64,000 nt of DNA from Terracidiphilus sp. (GTDB taxonomy: Bacteria > Acidobacteriota > Terriglobia > Terriglobales > Acidobacteriaceae): NCBI GenBank assembly GCA_049522175.1, contig JBEKOC010000001.1:137752-201751 (forward strand), written 5' to 3'. Below are positions 17,770 to 27,666 of this stretch, one piece after another. Numbering within the stretch: the first letter of the stretch is position 1; each line of letters begins with the position of its first letter. The notes under the pieces were generated by a model. It was given only the letters and a program-made list of their open reading frames with translations, ran no database searches and had not been told where the DNA came from. A program made the position numbers and the translations under genes.

Positions 17770-18911
17770 TGCGGACCTCCTCGATATTCAGAGCCGGAAC
17801 GCCCCGATTGCGCCTGGGCCTGCGCTCTGGCCGCCGCCTCGCGCGCTTTCCGCTCGCGCATCTCAGTCTCCAGGCGCTGGCGGTAGAGATAGGCCAGAAT
17901 GGCTGCCACCGCGGCATAGAGCTCGACCGGAATCGGCTGGCCGACCTCCACTGAGCGGTAGAGCGACTGGGCCAGCGGCGGGTTCTCGATGATCGGCACG
18001 CCCGCCCAGCGGGCCTCGGCCTTGATCTCCTCGGCCAACAGGTTGCGCCCCTTGGCCACCATTCGGGGCGCTTCCATGGTCGCAAAATCAAATCCCAAGG
18101 CCACCGCGTAGTGCGTCGGATTGGTCAGCACCACGGCGGCCTTGGAGACGTCAGCCTTTACCTTGCGGCGGCGCGCCTGGCGCTGCAGGTTGCGGATGCG
18201 CCCGCGAATCTGCGGGTTGCCCTCGGTCTCCTTGTACTCGTCGCGCAGGTCCTCGCGGCTCATTTTCAGCCGCGATTCGCGGCTCTGCCACTCCACCAGG
18301 TAATCGATCAGGGACCAGGCGAAGAGCAGCCAGGCGGCGGCCAGCAGCAGCCCGTAGACATCCGCGCCCAGCAGCTCCAGCCGCGTGATCGAAAACGGGG
18401 GCATGGCCAACTGCCGCCCGATGCGCTGCACCGCAAAGATGGTCAGAATGCTGGCCGGAATCAGCGACTTGGCCAGCCGCGCAGCGGCCCTCAGTGAGAA
18501 GAGGTTCTTCACGTTGGAGACCGGGTTGATGCGATCCAGCTTGAAACCTACCGAGCCGGGATGGAAGCTCACTCCGCCGGTCTGCAGGACGCCCGCGCCC
18601 AGCGAGGCCGCGGCCACGGCCGCCATCATCACCCCCGGCGTAGCAAGAATGCCGAAGGTCAGCCACCGCAGGGCGTAGAGCGTGGGCTGAATCTCCGCCG
18701 GCTCCCAGCGGGCGGCAAATCCAAGAGTGAGAAATGCGGCAAAGTTATCGTGCCAGGTGATAAGAAGATGACTGCCCAGGGCGCCCAGCACCATCACCCC
18801 GGCCAGGGTTCCAGCCGCAGCCGACAGCTCGCGGCTGTGCAGAATGTCGCCTTCCTTGCGCGCCTTCTCGCGCCGGTGCTGCGTTGCTCGTTCGGTGGGC
18901 TCTCCAGGCAT
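17766..18911 (-). CDS. flhB: Flagellar export switch protein FlhB
   Basis: TERATQHRREKARKEG; KETEGNPQIRGRIR; NPTH autocleavage motif. Confidence 0.96.
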   Translation of the reverse strand: MPGEPTERATQHRREKARKEGDILHSRELSAAAGTLAGVMVLGALGSHLLITWHDNFAAFLTLGFAARWEPAEIQPTLYALRWLTFGILATPGVMMAAVAAASLGAGVLQTGGVSFHPGSVGFKLDRINPVSNVKNLFSLRAAARLAKSLIPASILTIFAVQRIGRQLAMPPFSITRLELLGADVYGLLLAAAWLLFAWSLIDYLVEWQSRESRLKMSREDLRDEYKETEGNPQIRGRIRNLQRQARRRKVKADVSKAAVVLTNPTHYAVALGFDFATMEAPRMVAKGRNLLAEEIKAEARWAGVPIIENPPLAQSLYRSVEVGQPIPVELYAAVAAILAYLYRQRLETEMRERKAREAAARAQAQAQSGRSGSEYRGGPQ

Positions 18912-18914
18912 CGG

Positions 18915-19703
18915 CTATCCTCCCGCGCCCAAAGCCGCGACCTGGCCCGGCGCGGTAATCAGCCGCTCCGCCAAATCCAGCAGCCCGCTGAAGCGGGCCT
19001 CGATGAAGCGCGGCCACAAGGCCAGACAGCCGGTCAGAATGAGAAAGCCGGTCAGGGTCTTCATGGGTACGGTCATCATCATCACCGGCAACTGCGGGCT
19101 GAGCTTGCCCAGCAAGGCTACGGCCACCTCCACCAGCATGGTTGCAGCCAGTACCGGCGCGGCCAGCTCCACGGCGGCTAGAAAGACGCCCCCGGCGGCG
19201 CGCACTATCTCCAGCGCGGAGGTGGGCGCCAGCGCGAAGCTGCCCAGCGGCACCGCGTGAAAGCTGCGCACCATCGAGGCCAGCATGATCCGGTCGAGGC
19301 CGGCGGTAATCACCACCAGCGTGCCCATCAGCTGAAACAACTCGCCCAGCAACGGTGTCTGGATGGTCGAGCCCGGGTCCAGCAGGTTGACCAGCGAGTA
19401 GCTGAACTGCAGGCCGATAATCTGCCCGGCAAAGATCAGCATCTCGTTGAGCAGCATGAGGGTGAGGCCGTAGACCAGCCCCACGGCCAGCTCCCCCAAC
19501 AGAGATGAAAAGCCAAGAGTGACCCGCGCGTTGGGCAGCGCGGCCACCAGCGGAGCCAGCAAAAATGCCACCGCTCCCACAAAGACTGCCTTGGCGCGCA
19601 GGGGCAGCGCCGTCGAGGAGAAGAACGGAGCAAAGGCCACCATCCCGCTCACCCGCACCAGGGCCAGCGTCATGGTGGTCAAAAAGCTCGTCCAGTCGGG
19701 CAT
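18915..19703 (-). CDS. fliR: Flagellar export protein FliR
   Basis: LVRVSGMVAFAPFFS; AGQIIGLQFSYS; KLSPQLPV. Confidence 0.92.
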   Translation of the reverse strand: MPDWTSFLTTMTLALVRVSGMVAFAPFFSSTALPLRAKAVFVGAVAFLLAPLVAALPNARVTLGFSSLLGELAVGLVYGLTLMLLNEMLIFAGQIIGLQFSYSLVNLLDPGSTIQTPLLGELFQLMGTLVVITAGLDRIMLASMVRSFHAVPLGSFALAPTSALEIVRAAGGVFLAAVELAAPVLAATMLVEVAVALLGKLSPQLPVMMMTVPMKTLTGFLILTGCLALWPRFIEARFSGLLDLAERLITAPGQVAALGAGG

Positions 19704-19722
19704 CGTTTCCTTTCAGCTTTTC

Positions 19723-19992
19723 CTATCCCAGGTAGCGATGAAAATCCTCCAGCAGCAACCGCGTGTAGGCCGCCATCCGGCCCAGAAACCAGGGCATCCC
19801 CACCAGCAGAATCATGGCGATGGCGCCCAGGCGCGGCACGCTGGTCAGCGACTGCTCCTGCAAACTGGTCAGGGTCTGGAAGAGGCTCAGCACAAAACTC
19901 AGCACGGCCGTGGCCAGCAGCAGCGGCGCGGCCAGAATCAGCGCCTCCTTCATCAGTTGGCGCAGCAACTCGGCAACCAGGTCGGGCGTCAT
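19723..19992 (-). CDS. fliQ: Flagellar export protein FliQ
   Basis: 89 aa; SLFQTLTSLQEQSLTSVPRL; GMPWFL. Confidence 0.93.
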   Translation of the reverse strand: MTPDLVAELLRQLMKEALILAAPLLLATAVLSFVLSLFQTLTSLQEQSLTSVPRLGAIAMILLVGMPWFLGRMAAYTRLLLEDFHRYLG

Positions 19993-20004
19993 CTTCCATC
20001 CTCC

Positions 20005-20703
20005 TCAAAAGCTCTTCAACAACGAGTTGGCCAGCAGGTTCCAGCCATCTACCATCACAAACAACAGAATCTTCAATGGCGTCGAGACCACGACCGGCGG
20101 CAATTGGAACATTCCAATCGAGGTGGTGATCGCCGCCGTCACCATGTCGATCAACAGAAACGGCAGAAACAGCACCGCGCCGATGGCAAATCCGGCCTTC
20201 AACTCGGAGAGAATGTAGGCCGGCACCACCACCCGCATGGGAAGGTCGTCGGGCTTACTGGGACGCGCAATCTGCCCGGCAGCGGTAAACAGCGCCAAGT
20301 CCTTTTCCCGCGCATAGCGCAGCATGAAGTGCTTGACCGGCTGCGCGCCGCGATCGATAGCCTCCCAGCCCGTCACCTGCCCCGCTCGATAGGGCTCCAC
20401 CGCCTGCTGGTCCACCTGGTTGAGCACCGGAGTCATCAGAAACCAGGTCATCATCAGGGCCAGGCCCATCAGCGTGGGATTGGAGGGCGCCGTCTGCGTA
20501 CCCAGCGCCTGGCGCAAGAAGTGAAAGACCACCAGCAGCCGCACCATTGGCGTCACTGCCATCAGAATCGCGGGCAGCAAGGTTATCAGCGTCAGGACCA
20601 GAAGAATCGTCCACGGCGTCGAGTCCGAGGGATGAAGCCGCGCATTCAGGTCGGGCAGCAGCGGCGCGGCAGCCGGCGCCGCCAAAAGAATGGCAGCTAC
20701 CAT
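20005..20703 (-). CDS. fliP: Flagellar export protein FliP
   Basis: LRQALGTQTAPSN; VPAYILSELKAGF; LPFLLIDMV; PLKILLFVMVDGW. Confidence 0.95.
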   Translation of the reverse strand: MVAAILLAAPAAAPLLPDLNARLHPSDSTPWTILLVLTLITLLPAILMAVTPMVRLLVVFHFLRQALGTQTAPSNPTLMGLALMMTWFLMTPVLNQVDQQAVEPYRAGQVTGWEAIDRGAQPVKHFMLRYAREKDLALFTAAGQIARPSKPDDLPMRVVVPAYILSELKAGFAIGAVLFLPFLLIDMVTAAITTSIGMFQLPPVVVSTPLKILLFVMVDGWNLLANSLLKSF

Positions 20704-21032
20704 GAGACCCTCTCGGCCGGCCGTGTCGCGCTTTGCTGCCTGTTCGCGGCCGGTCGCGCGCCGTTCGGTTGCGCGCGCTCATCCAGCGCATAGAATGCCG
20801 GCGCGCCCTCCGGCGAAGTGGCCACCAGAAAACGCCGCCCCTCGGCCTCCACTAGGGCCAGCGACTGGCGCGGAGCCAGCGCAATCCGTTCCAGCAACGC
20901 GAGCCGCGGCTGCCTGTGGCCGCCGGACCTGAACCGGCTCAGCAGCCAGCCTGCCAATCCGCCCACCGGCACGCCCGCCAACCTGCCCTCCGCCGCGTTG
21001 TTACCCGCCGCCATCTTCTCGCCCGCGTTCAT
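20697..21032 (-). CDS. fliO: FliO-like protein
   Basis: LALLERIALAPRQSLALVEAEGRRFLVAT; upstream of fliP. Confidence 0.8.
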   Translation of the reverse strand: MNAGEKMAAGNNAAEGRLAGVPVGGLAGWLLSRFRSGGHRQPRLALLERIALAPRQSLALVEAEGRRFLVATSPEGAPAFYALDERAQPNGARPAANRQQSATRPAERVSW

Positions 21033-21076
21033 CGTTCGACTTCCCCCTAATCCCTAGTCCCTACGTCCCTGCCTTT

Positions 21077-21451
21077 TCACACCAGCCGTGTCAAGCGCAC
21101 CGCCAGATGTGTATCAACCACTTCAAACTCGCTCCATGCCAGTCGCACGGCGCCCGTGGCCAGCGGCATATCCGCGCCGTGAGCCCATTGCGTCTCAATC
21201 ACCTGGCCCGGCTCCAAAGTGAGCAGGTTGCGCACCCGAAAATCCCGCACCGGTATGGCCACTTCCAGCTCCACCGGAAGCTTCGCAACCGGCGCAGTGA
21301 GCTTGATGACCACCTCTTCCGGAGAGTGCAGCGTTGGCACCAGCGCATGTTCGGCGGCGGTCTGTGTTACTGCCGGCAGATCGGGCGCGCGCGGCGGCGC
21401 GTTGAGCGGCTGCGCGCTGGCCGGCGGCGGCATTGGGTGAGCAGAGGCCAT
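21077..21451 (-). CDS. Second FliN/SpoA-domain protein
   Basis: LPVELEVAIP...LLTLEPGQVIET...EFEVVDTHLAVRLTRL. Confidence 0.8.
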   Translation of the reverse strand: MASAHPMPPPASAQPLNAPPRAPDLPAVTQTAAEHALVPTLHSPEEVVIKLTAPVAKLPVELEVAIPVRDFRVRNLLTLEPGQVIETQWAHGADMPLATGAVRLAWSEFEVVDTHLAVRLTRLV

Positions 21452-21644
21452 TCGATGAGAAATCAAGCAGAAAGGTGACCAGAAAGGGAACAGTTGGATT
21501 GGGAAGGGTTAAGAATCCGTCCCTTGTAACCTCCGTGCCGTTCCACGCCATTCAACTGCCTGCTGCATCGCTGCTACACTGATAAGGAACGGTTTTGCGG
21601 GCTTCGATCCCGCCCCGAATCCGCCCCCAAGCGAGGCCCTCTCC

Positions 21645-22598
21645 ATGCCCGAATCCAATGAAATCAACCGCATCGCCGCCACCAGCCTGCGCCTCAAAAT
21701 CGGCCTCGCCGAGATGCTCAAAGGCGGCGTCATCATGGACGTGATGAACGTCGAGCAGGCGCGCATCGCAGAAGAGGCCGGCGCCACCTCCGTCATGGCT
21801 CTGGAGCGCGTCCCCGCCATGATTCGCGCCGAGGGCGGCGTCGCTCGCATGGCCAAGCCCTCGCTCATCAAAGAGATCATCGCCGCCGTCTCCATCCCCG
21901 TCATGGCCAAGGCACGCATCGGCCACACCGCAGAGGCGCAGATCCTCCAGGAACTCGGCGTCGACTTCATCGACGAGAGCGAGGTGCTCACCCCCGCCGA
22001 CGAGGCCCATCACATCGACAAGCACGCTTTTACTACACCTTTTGTCTGTGGTGCGCGAAACCTCGGAGAGGCTCTGCGCCGCATCGCCGAGGGCGCGGCC
22101 ATGATCCGCACCAAGGGCGAGGCCGGCACCGGCGACGTCGTCTTCGCCGTCCGCCACATGCGCCAGATCATCCGCGAGATGCGCGCCCTCACCGTGCTTT
22201 CGGAGCAGGAACTCTACGCCGCCGCCAAGGAGCATCAGGCGCCCTATGACCTGATTCGCATGGTCGCGCAAACCGGCAAGTTGCCCGTGCCCAATTTTTC
22301 CGCCGGAGGCATCGCCACTCCCGCCGACGCCGCTCTCATGATGCAGCTCGGCGCAGAGGCCATCTTCGTCGGCTCGGGAATTTTTATGAAGGAGCGCGCC
22401 ACGCCTTTGGACGTGGAAAACGATCCCAAGGAGCGCACCGAAGCCGTCTCCCGCGCCAAGGCCATCGTCGTCGCCACCACCCACTACAACGACCCCAAAA
22501 TTCTCGCCGAGGTAGCAGCGCAGGTCACCGGAACCATGACGGGCCTCGCCGCCGCTGCTATCGAAGAAAAGAACCAATTGCAGACGAGAGGTTGGTAA
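21645..22598 (+). CDS. pdxS: PLP synthase lyase subunit
   Basis: [14 protein letters not shown]; [10 protein letters not shown]; FIDESEVLT; [11 protein letters not shown]. Confidence 0.97.
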   Translation: MPESNEINRIAATSLRLKIGLAEMLKGGVIMDVMNVEQARIAEEAGATSVMALERVPAMIRAEGGVARMAKPSLIKEIIAAVSIPVMAKARIGHTAEAQILQELGVDFIDESEVLTPADEAHHIDKHAFTTPFVCGARNLGEALRRIAEGAAMIRTKGEAGTGDVVFAVRHMRQIIREMRALTVLSEQELYAAAKEHQAPYDLIRMVAQTGKLPVPNFSAGGIATPADAALMMQLGAEAIFVGSGIFMKERATPLDVENDPKERTEAVSRAKAIVVATTHYNDPKILAEVAAQVTGTMTGLAAAAIEEKNQLQTRGW

Positions 22599-22759
22599 GT
22601 CTGCCGCACTGCAGGTGCCCAAAGGCCTCCGCCTGGACGGTAAGTCCCCGCACCGCAGGTGCCTCGCACCGCCGCTTCAGATGGAGGAGATTGCGCGCAT
22701 CTGCCTTCTCGGCTGAGTCTGATAGGACCGTAACAACAGAGATTTTCAACTTGATTGAA

Positions 22760-22836
22760 TGGTGGGCAGTGAGGGACTCGAACCCCCGACTTCCTGCTTG
22801 TAAGGCAGGCGCTCTAACCAACTGAGCTAACCGCCC
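22760..22836 (-). tRNA. tRNA-Val (anticodon TAC) with encoded CCA
   Basis: GGGCGGTTAGCTCAGTTGGTTAGAGCGCCTGCCTTACAAGCAGGAAGTCGGGGGTTCGAGTCCCTCACTGCCCACCA folds into a cloverleaf with a TTCGA loop. Confidence 0.97.
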
Positions 22837-22995
22837 ACGCGGGTCGGCAACGCAATAGATACCTTTCTGCAATCATACCAGTGTGCTGCAGTCATATTCA
22901 GATCAACTGCCTGGACTCCGCCAGATGCCGGTGTTATGACTAGAAGCAGAGGTTGATCGCAAATATACAAAAGCCTCTGACATCCGGGAAAAACG

Positions 22996-23586
22996 TTGAA
23001 GAAAACAAACCTGCCAAGTATCGGCGTCCTGGCCATCCAGGGCAACTACGCCAGCCACGCGCAAGCCCTCACCGAGGCTGGCGCGTCGCCTTTCGAGGTG
23101 CGCAAGCCGGAGCAGTTGGCCGGCCTGGACGGACTTGTGCTGCCCGGCGGCGAGTCCACCACCATGCTCAAATTCCTCGAGAAGCACCGCTTCTTTGAAG
23201 CTTTGAAGGAGTTCTGTGGATCCAAACCCGTCTTCGGCACCTGCGCGGGAGTGATTCTACTGGCGCGTGAAGTGTTGAACCCGGCACAACGCAGCATGGG
23301 CGTGCTCGACGCGGTCGTTGAGCGCAATGCTTACGGCCGCCAGATCGACTCGGTCATCGTGACCACCGAAACCAAGCTCGCCGGTGGGCCGCTGGAGATG
23401 GTCTTCATCCGCTCTCCACGCATCAGCCAGATCGGCCCGGGTGTCGAGGTGCTCGCCCGCCGCGAAGGTTTCCCGGTGCTTATTCGCCAAGGCCGCATCC
23501 TGGCAGCCACGTTTCATCCCGAGCTATCGCACGACCGGCGGGTGCATCGCCTCTTCGTCGAATCCGTCATAGCGGCCAAGGGATAA
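22996..23586 (+). CDS. pdxT: PLP synthase glutaminase subunit
   Basis: IGVLAIQG; LVLPGGEST; FGTCAGVILL; RNAYGRQIDS; FHPEL. Confidence 0.96.
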   Translation: MKKTNLPSIGVLAIQGNYASHAQALTEAGASPFEVRKPEQLAGLDGLVLPGGESTTMLKFLEKHRFFEALKEFCGSKPVFGTCAGVILLAREVLNPAQRSMGVLDAVVERNAYGRQIDSVIVTTETKLAGGPLEMVFIRSPRISQIGPGVEVLARREGFPVLIRQGRILAATFHPELSHDRRVHRLFVESVIAAKG

Positions 23587-23628
23587 ACGGCGAGTGGGGC
23601 ATTCTGCTGTTCCCTGTTCCCTGCTTTT

Positions 23629-24927
23629 CTACTCCAGCATCTGCAAATCCAGCGGCTCCTGGAGCAGGTAGTTCCTGCCGCGAATGGCTTCCATGGCGCG
23701 CTTGAGCGCGGAGGGCTTGCACGGCTCGACGGTGACCACGAAGGGCAGCGCGTGTTGTGGATAGCCGGGCTTCTGGACTATAGCGCGGATGTTGATCTTC
23801 TCCTTGGCCAGTGCTCCGGTAATCTCGGCCACAATGCCCGGACGGTCGTTGACCAGAAAGCGAATGTAATGGGCAACCTCGAACTCGGCGCTGACGTGAG
23901 CCGGGGCTGAAGGAATCTCCACGCGCCGCGAGCCGTGCGCCAGGGCCAGCAGGTCGCTCACCACGGCTACTGCTGTGGGATGCCCGCCCGCGCCGTGACC
24001 GGAAAAAACCACATCGCCGCCGTAGCGGCCGGTAAAAATCACCATGTTCTCCATGCCGTGCGACCAGGCCAGCGGCGAGTGCAGGTCCACCAGCATCGGC
24101 CCCACCGTAGCAGCAACCTTACCGCCAGCGCGGTCGGCGCGCGCCACTTGGCGGATGGTGCAGCCCAGGTCGCGCGCATAGCTGAAGTCCACGGCGGCAA
24201 TCGCAGTGATGGGTAGGGGCGTAATCTCCTCCAGGTTCACCTCCACGCCCAGAGCCAGTCGCATCAGAATCGCCAGCTTGGCGCGTGCGTCAAAGCCACC
24301 CACGTCCTCGGTGGGGTCGGCCTCGGCATAGCCCTTAGACTGTGCCGCCACCAGCACCGGAGCGTACTCGGCGCCCTCCTGCATCCGGCTCAAAATAAAG
24401 TTGCAGGTACCGTTCAGAATGCCTTCAATGCGTACAATCTGATCGCCGGCCAGCCCTTGTTCAAGCCCCGGAATTACGGGGATTCCGCCGGCCACCGCAG
24501 CGCCGTACTTCAACTGCCCGCCACCCGCCGCGGCCAGCCGCTCCAGTTCAACGCCCTGGCAGGAGATGAGCTTCTTGTTGGCCGTCACCACGCTCTTACC
24601 GGAGTTGAGCGCCTTGCGCACCCAGCCTCCGGCCGGATCGAGGCCGCCAGCCAGCTCCACAATGACGTCCACATCCGAGGCCAGCACGGCATCAGCGTCC
24701 TCGCTCCATCGCACGCTCGCGGGAACCCAGTCCACGCGCCTTTTCGCGATGCTGCGTACGTAGATGTGGGTCAGTTCCAAACCCTCGGGTTTGGACTCAA
24801 CCAGAATCCGCGCGACGGAACTGCCCACTGTCCCAAAGCCAAAAAGGGCGATGCGCAGCGGATGCTGCTTGCCTGATTCATGCGCAGAAAGCTGTTGGGG
24901 CGATGCAGATAGATTCGACTTGGGCAT
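23629..24927 (-). CDS. hom: Homoserine dehydrogenase with C-terminal ACT domain
   Basis: IALFGFGTVG; SVVTANK; GILNGTCNFIL; GYAEADPTEDVGG; DRPGIVAEIT. Confidence 0.95.
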   Translation of the reverse strand: MPKSNLSASPQQLSAHESGKQHPLRIALFGFGTVGSSVARILVESKPEGLELTHIYVRSIAKRRVDWVPASVRWSEDADAVLASDVDVIVELAGGLDPAGGWVRKALNSGKSVVTANKKLISCQGVELERLAAAGGGQLKYGAAVAGGIPVIPGLEQGLAGDQIVRIEGILNGTCNFILSRMQEGAEYAPVLVAAQSKGYAEADPTEDVGGFDARAKLAILMRLALGVEVNLEEITPLPITAIAAVDFSYARDLGCTIRQVARADRAGGKVAATVGPMLVDLHSPLAWSHGMENMVIFTGRYGGDVVFSGHGAGGHPTAVAVVSDLLALAHGSRRVEIPSAPAHVSAEFEVAHYIRFLVNDRPGIVAEITGALAKEKINIRAIVQKPGYPQHALPFVVTVEPCKPSALKRAMEAIRGRNYLLQEPLDLQMLE

Positions 24928-25038
24928 GAACGCCTCCTCTTGAGCGTGAAACAAGCCGGGGATAATCCGATATTACATGAACAAATTCATGCCGGGGATT
25001 TGCAGATTATTTCCGCAATGAGGATATGATGAGATTCC

Positions 25039-25554
25039 ATGAGTGACATATTCGAAAAACTCAACCTCACGGATCAGCAGGAGATCCTCGTTCTGCATGC
25101 TCCCGAGAGCTTTTTGCCGGAGCTTGCGCGCCTTCCCATTCTCACCATTCACCACAACATCGAGTCGGTCCCGGAGATCGGCTTCTTCCTGGCGTTTGTC
25201 ACGCGCAAGAGCGAGGTAGACGCGCTGGCCGGGGCAGTGGCCGCGCGCACCCCGGGTGATGCCATCGTGTGGTTTGCCTATCCCAAGGGCACGTCCAAAA
25301 AGTACGCGTGCGACTTCAATCGCGACACCGGGTGGGACACGCTTCGGGCCGCGGGCTTTGACACCGTGCGCGCCGTCGCCATCGATGAGGATTGGACAGC
25401 GTTACGCTTCCGGCGCGTGGAGTACATCAAGGTGCGCGAAAGTAATACGGAGGCTGTGCCGGTCGCAGCGCCAAAGATTTCAGCGCCAAAACTCACTCCA
25501 CCTGAAAAAGGCCGGGCAAAGCCTCTCCCGCCTTCCCCTCGAAGACGTAAGTAA
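25039..25554 (+). CDS. Conserved hypothetical protein (DUF3052-like)
   Basis: VWFAYPKGTSK...NRDTGW...AVAIDEDWTALRFRR. Confidence 0.7.
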   Translation: MSDIFEKLNLTDQQEILVLHAPESFLPELARLPILTIHHNIESVPEIGFFLAFVTRKSEVDALAGAVAARTPGDAIVWFAYPKGTSKKYACDFNRDTGWDTLRAAGFDTVRAVAIDEDWTALRFRRVEYIKVRESNTEAVPVAAPKISAPKLTPPEKGRAKPLPPSPRRRK

Positions 25555-26209
25555 AGGCCGAGGCGTTCAGCGGCGGCTCCGGTCCCACGTAAACGGCGCG
25601 TGCGCCATGCAGCCGCGCCCAATGAACGAAGCTGGCTGCCGGATAGACCGACCCCGACGTGCCAACAACCACCATCAGCGTTGCTATATCGATCTCCTGC
25701 TGAATGCGCTCCATCTCCAGCGGAATCTCGCCGAAGAAGACAATATGCGGGCGCAGCCTTGCGCCGCATGCACAGCGGCCCACCGCGTCCAGGCTGCGAT
25801 AAATCGCATGATCCACGACCGGAGCGTGGCCGCAATTCCGCTCGCAGTGCGCCTTGGACAATTCGCCGTGCATATGCACCAACCGCCGGGAGCCGGCGCG
25901 TTCGTGCAGGTCGTCCACATTTTGCGTGCAGAGAAAGAAGCGGTTGCCAAGCTGCCGCTCGAGCTCCGCCAGCGCAACGTGCGCTGGATTCGGCTTGGCC
26001 TCAGTGCCCGCCTTGCGCCGTCCAGAGTAGAACTCCCACACCTTCCATGGATTACGCTCCCAGGCCTCCGGCGTGCACACATCCTCAATGCGGTTGCCCG
26101 CCCACAACCCGTCCGCGGCGCGAAAGGTGGGCAATCCGCTCTCCGCGCTGATGCCCGCCCCGGTCAGAACAAAGACCCGGTCATCGGCGGAAATCGCAAT
26201 CTTGTTCAT
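25493..26209 (-). CDS. cobB: NAD-dependent protein deacylase (sirtuin)
   Basis: LTGAGISAESGLPTFR; TQNVDDLHERAG; HMHGEL; Zn cysteines; GTSGSVYPAA. Confidence 0.95.
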   Translation of the reverse strand: MNKIAISADDRVFVLTGAGISAESGLPTFRAADGLWAGNRIEDVCTPEAWERNPWKVWEFYSGRRKAGTEAKPNPAHVALAELERQLGNRFFLCTQNVDDLHERAGSRRLVHMHGELSKAHCERNCGHAPVVDHAIYRSLDAVGRCACGARLRPHIVFFGEIPLEMERIQQEIDIATLMVVVGTSGSVYPAASFVHWARLHGARAVYVGPEPPLNASAFTYVFEGKAGEALPGLFQVE

Positions 26210-26293
26210 GAGGTCATCATAGCCAGTCGTTAATAGCCGTGTCGATGGCTGGCAGAGCGCTTATTTTCTCCTTTTTCACAATAAGAGATGGGC

Positions 26294-26322
26294 TTGACGC
26301 GCAACTATTTCTGGGTTACAAC
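26294..26322 (+). promoter_or_regulatory. sigma70-type promoter of the YXWGXW gene
   Basis: TTGACG-N17-TACAAC. Confidence 0.55.
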
Positions 26323-26407
26323 GTTGAAGTGATTAACAGGCCGGAACGGCTGCATGATTCCGGAAACTTAATCCAGAAAACTCAAACCCAGGAGGAGTTG
26401 ATTCATC

Positions 26408-26698
26408 GTGAAAAAGATCGCTTTGGCATTGCTGCTGGCTTTCACACTGCTTCCAGCAGTCTCGTTTGCGCAGATTGTGGTTCGCATTCCGCCGCCGCCC
26501 GTCATCGTTGAAGAGCGCGGCCGGCCCCCGGAGCGTGGTTTTGTGTGGATCGACGGCTTTCACCGCTGGGAGGGCGACCACTACGTCTGGGTTCGTGGCC
26601 ACTGGGATCGTCCGCCCCATCCGGGCCAGCGTTGGGTCGCACACCAGTGGGTAAAACGTGGCGATCACTGGGAGTTGCGGGAAGGACACTGGCGGTAA
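26408..26698 (+). CDS. Small secreted YXWGXW-repeat protein
   Basis: Signal peptide; WIDGFHRW, YVWVRGHW, WVAHQW, WELREGHW repeats; AGGAG RBS. Confidence 0.85.
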   Translation: MKKIALALLLAFTLLPAVSFAQIVVRIPPPPVIVEERGRPPERGFVWIDGFHRWEGDHYVWVRGHWDRPPHPGQRWVAHQWVKRGDHWELREGHWR

Positions 26699-26718
26699 AT
26701 TGAAGTTTCAATCAAAAG

Positions 26719-26746
26719 AAAAGCGGGGCGCACGCCCCGCTTTTTT
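26719..26746. terminator. Bidirectional intrinsic terminator
   Basis: AAAAGCGGGGCG-CA-CGCCCCGCTTTTTT between convergent genes. Confidence 0.9.
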
Positions 26747-26773
26747 CATCCGCTCTGGCCCATCTCAGGCGGT

Positions 26774-27604
26774 TTAGCTGATCTCAATTACGTCGGTGGC
26801 AGCGGCGGCTGTCTCCTCGGCCTGCTTCATCAGTTTTTCAGCCACGGCGTAGAACTCTGCAGCCTGCGGGCTCTTCGGTCCGGCCAGCGCAACGGGCAGG
26901 CCGCGGTCTCCTCCTTCGCGAATGGCAGGAACCAGCTCAATCGATCCCAGGAAAGGAACATTGAACTGCTGCGCGGTGCGCTCGGCTCCGCCCCGGGAGA
27001 AAATGTCGATCTCCTTGTGGCAATGCGGGCAGGTGAAGTGGCTCATGTTCTCCACAATGCCCAGCACCTCAACGTTGACCTGCGCGAACATCTCCAGAGC
27101 CTTGCGCGCGTCTTGCAGGGCCACATCGCTGGGCGTGGAAACGACCACGGCGCCGGTCAAGGGCACGGTCTGGACCAACGAAATAACTACGTCGCCGGTG
27201 CCGGGAGGCAGATCGATGATAAGGTAGTCCAGCTCGCCCCAATCCACCTGTTGCAAAAACTGGCGGATGATCTGGTGCAGCATCGGTCCGCGCATCACCA
27301 TCGGCTTGTCGCCGGGGGAGATGTAGCCGATGGAAATAGTCTTGATGCCGTGGGTCATGTTGGGGAGGATGCGGTTGTCCTCGCCCACGGCCGGCTGCTG
27401 GCTGGAGCCCATCATCAGCGGCACGTTGGGTCCGTAGACGTCGGCGTCGATCAGGCCCACTCTCTGGCCGAGTTTGCTGAGCGCAATAGCCAGGTTGACA
27501 GCGATAGTGGTTTTGCCCACACCGCCCTTGCCGGAACCGATAGCAATGATCTTCGATATGCCCGGTAAAGCGACGGGCGTAGGCAGAACAGGCGAGTGCG
27601 CCAT
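26774..27604 (-). CDS. mrp: Mrp/ApbC/NBP35 Fe-S cluster carrier ATPase
   Basis: GKGGVGKT; DADVYGPN; MRGPM; DLPPGTGD; ENMS...CPHC. Confidence 0.95.
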   Translation of the reverse strand: MAHSPVLPTPVALPGISKIIAIGSGKGGVGKTTIAVNLAIALSKLGQRVGLIDADVYGPNVPLMMGSSQQPAVGEDNRILPNMTHGIKTISIGYISPGDKPMVMRGPMLHQIIRQFLQQVDWGELDYLIIDLPPGTGDVVISLVQTVPLTGAVVVSTPSDVALQDARKALEMFAQVNVEVLGIVENMSHFTCPHCHKEIDIFSRGGAERTAQQFNVPFLGSIELVPAIREGGDRGLPVALAGPKSPQAAEFYAVAEKLMKQAEETAAAATDVIEIS

Positions 27605-27666
27605 AGTTTTTGATTGCTCCTTAAACCTGATTGTTCTTTAGATGCGGTTCCGTTCGATTGAGGTTC

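Noticed and set aside
21518-21540. sigma54-like CGGCACGGAGGTTACA on the minus strand upstream of the flagellar cluster
   Set aside because: The -12 element lacks the invariant GC; plausible but not supportable without TSS data
22700-22760. Prophage or island at tRNA-Val
   Set aside because: No integrase and no duplicated tRNA 3' end in the window
25493-25554. 62-bp convergent overlap of the DUF3052-like gene and cobB
   Set aside because: Explained by a low-complexity C-terminal run-on; common in GC-rich genomes
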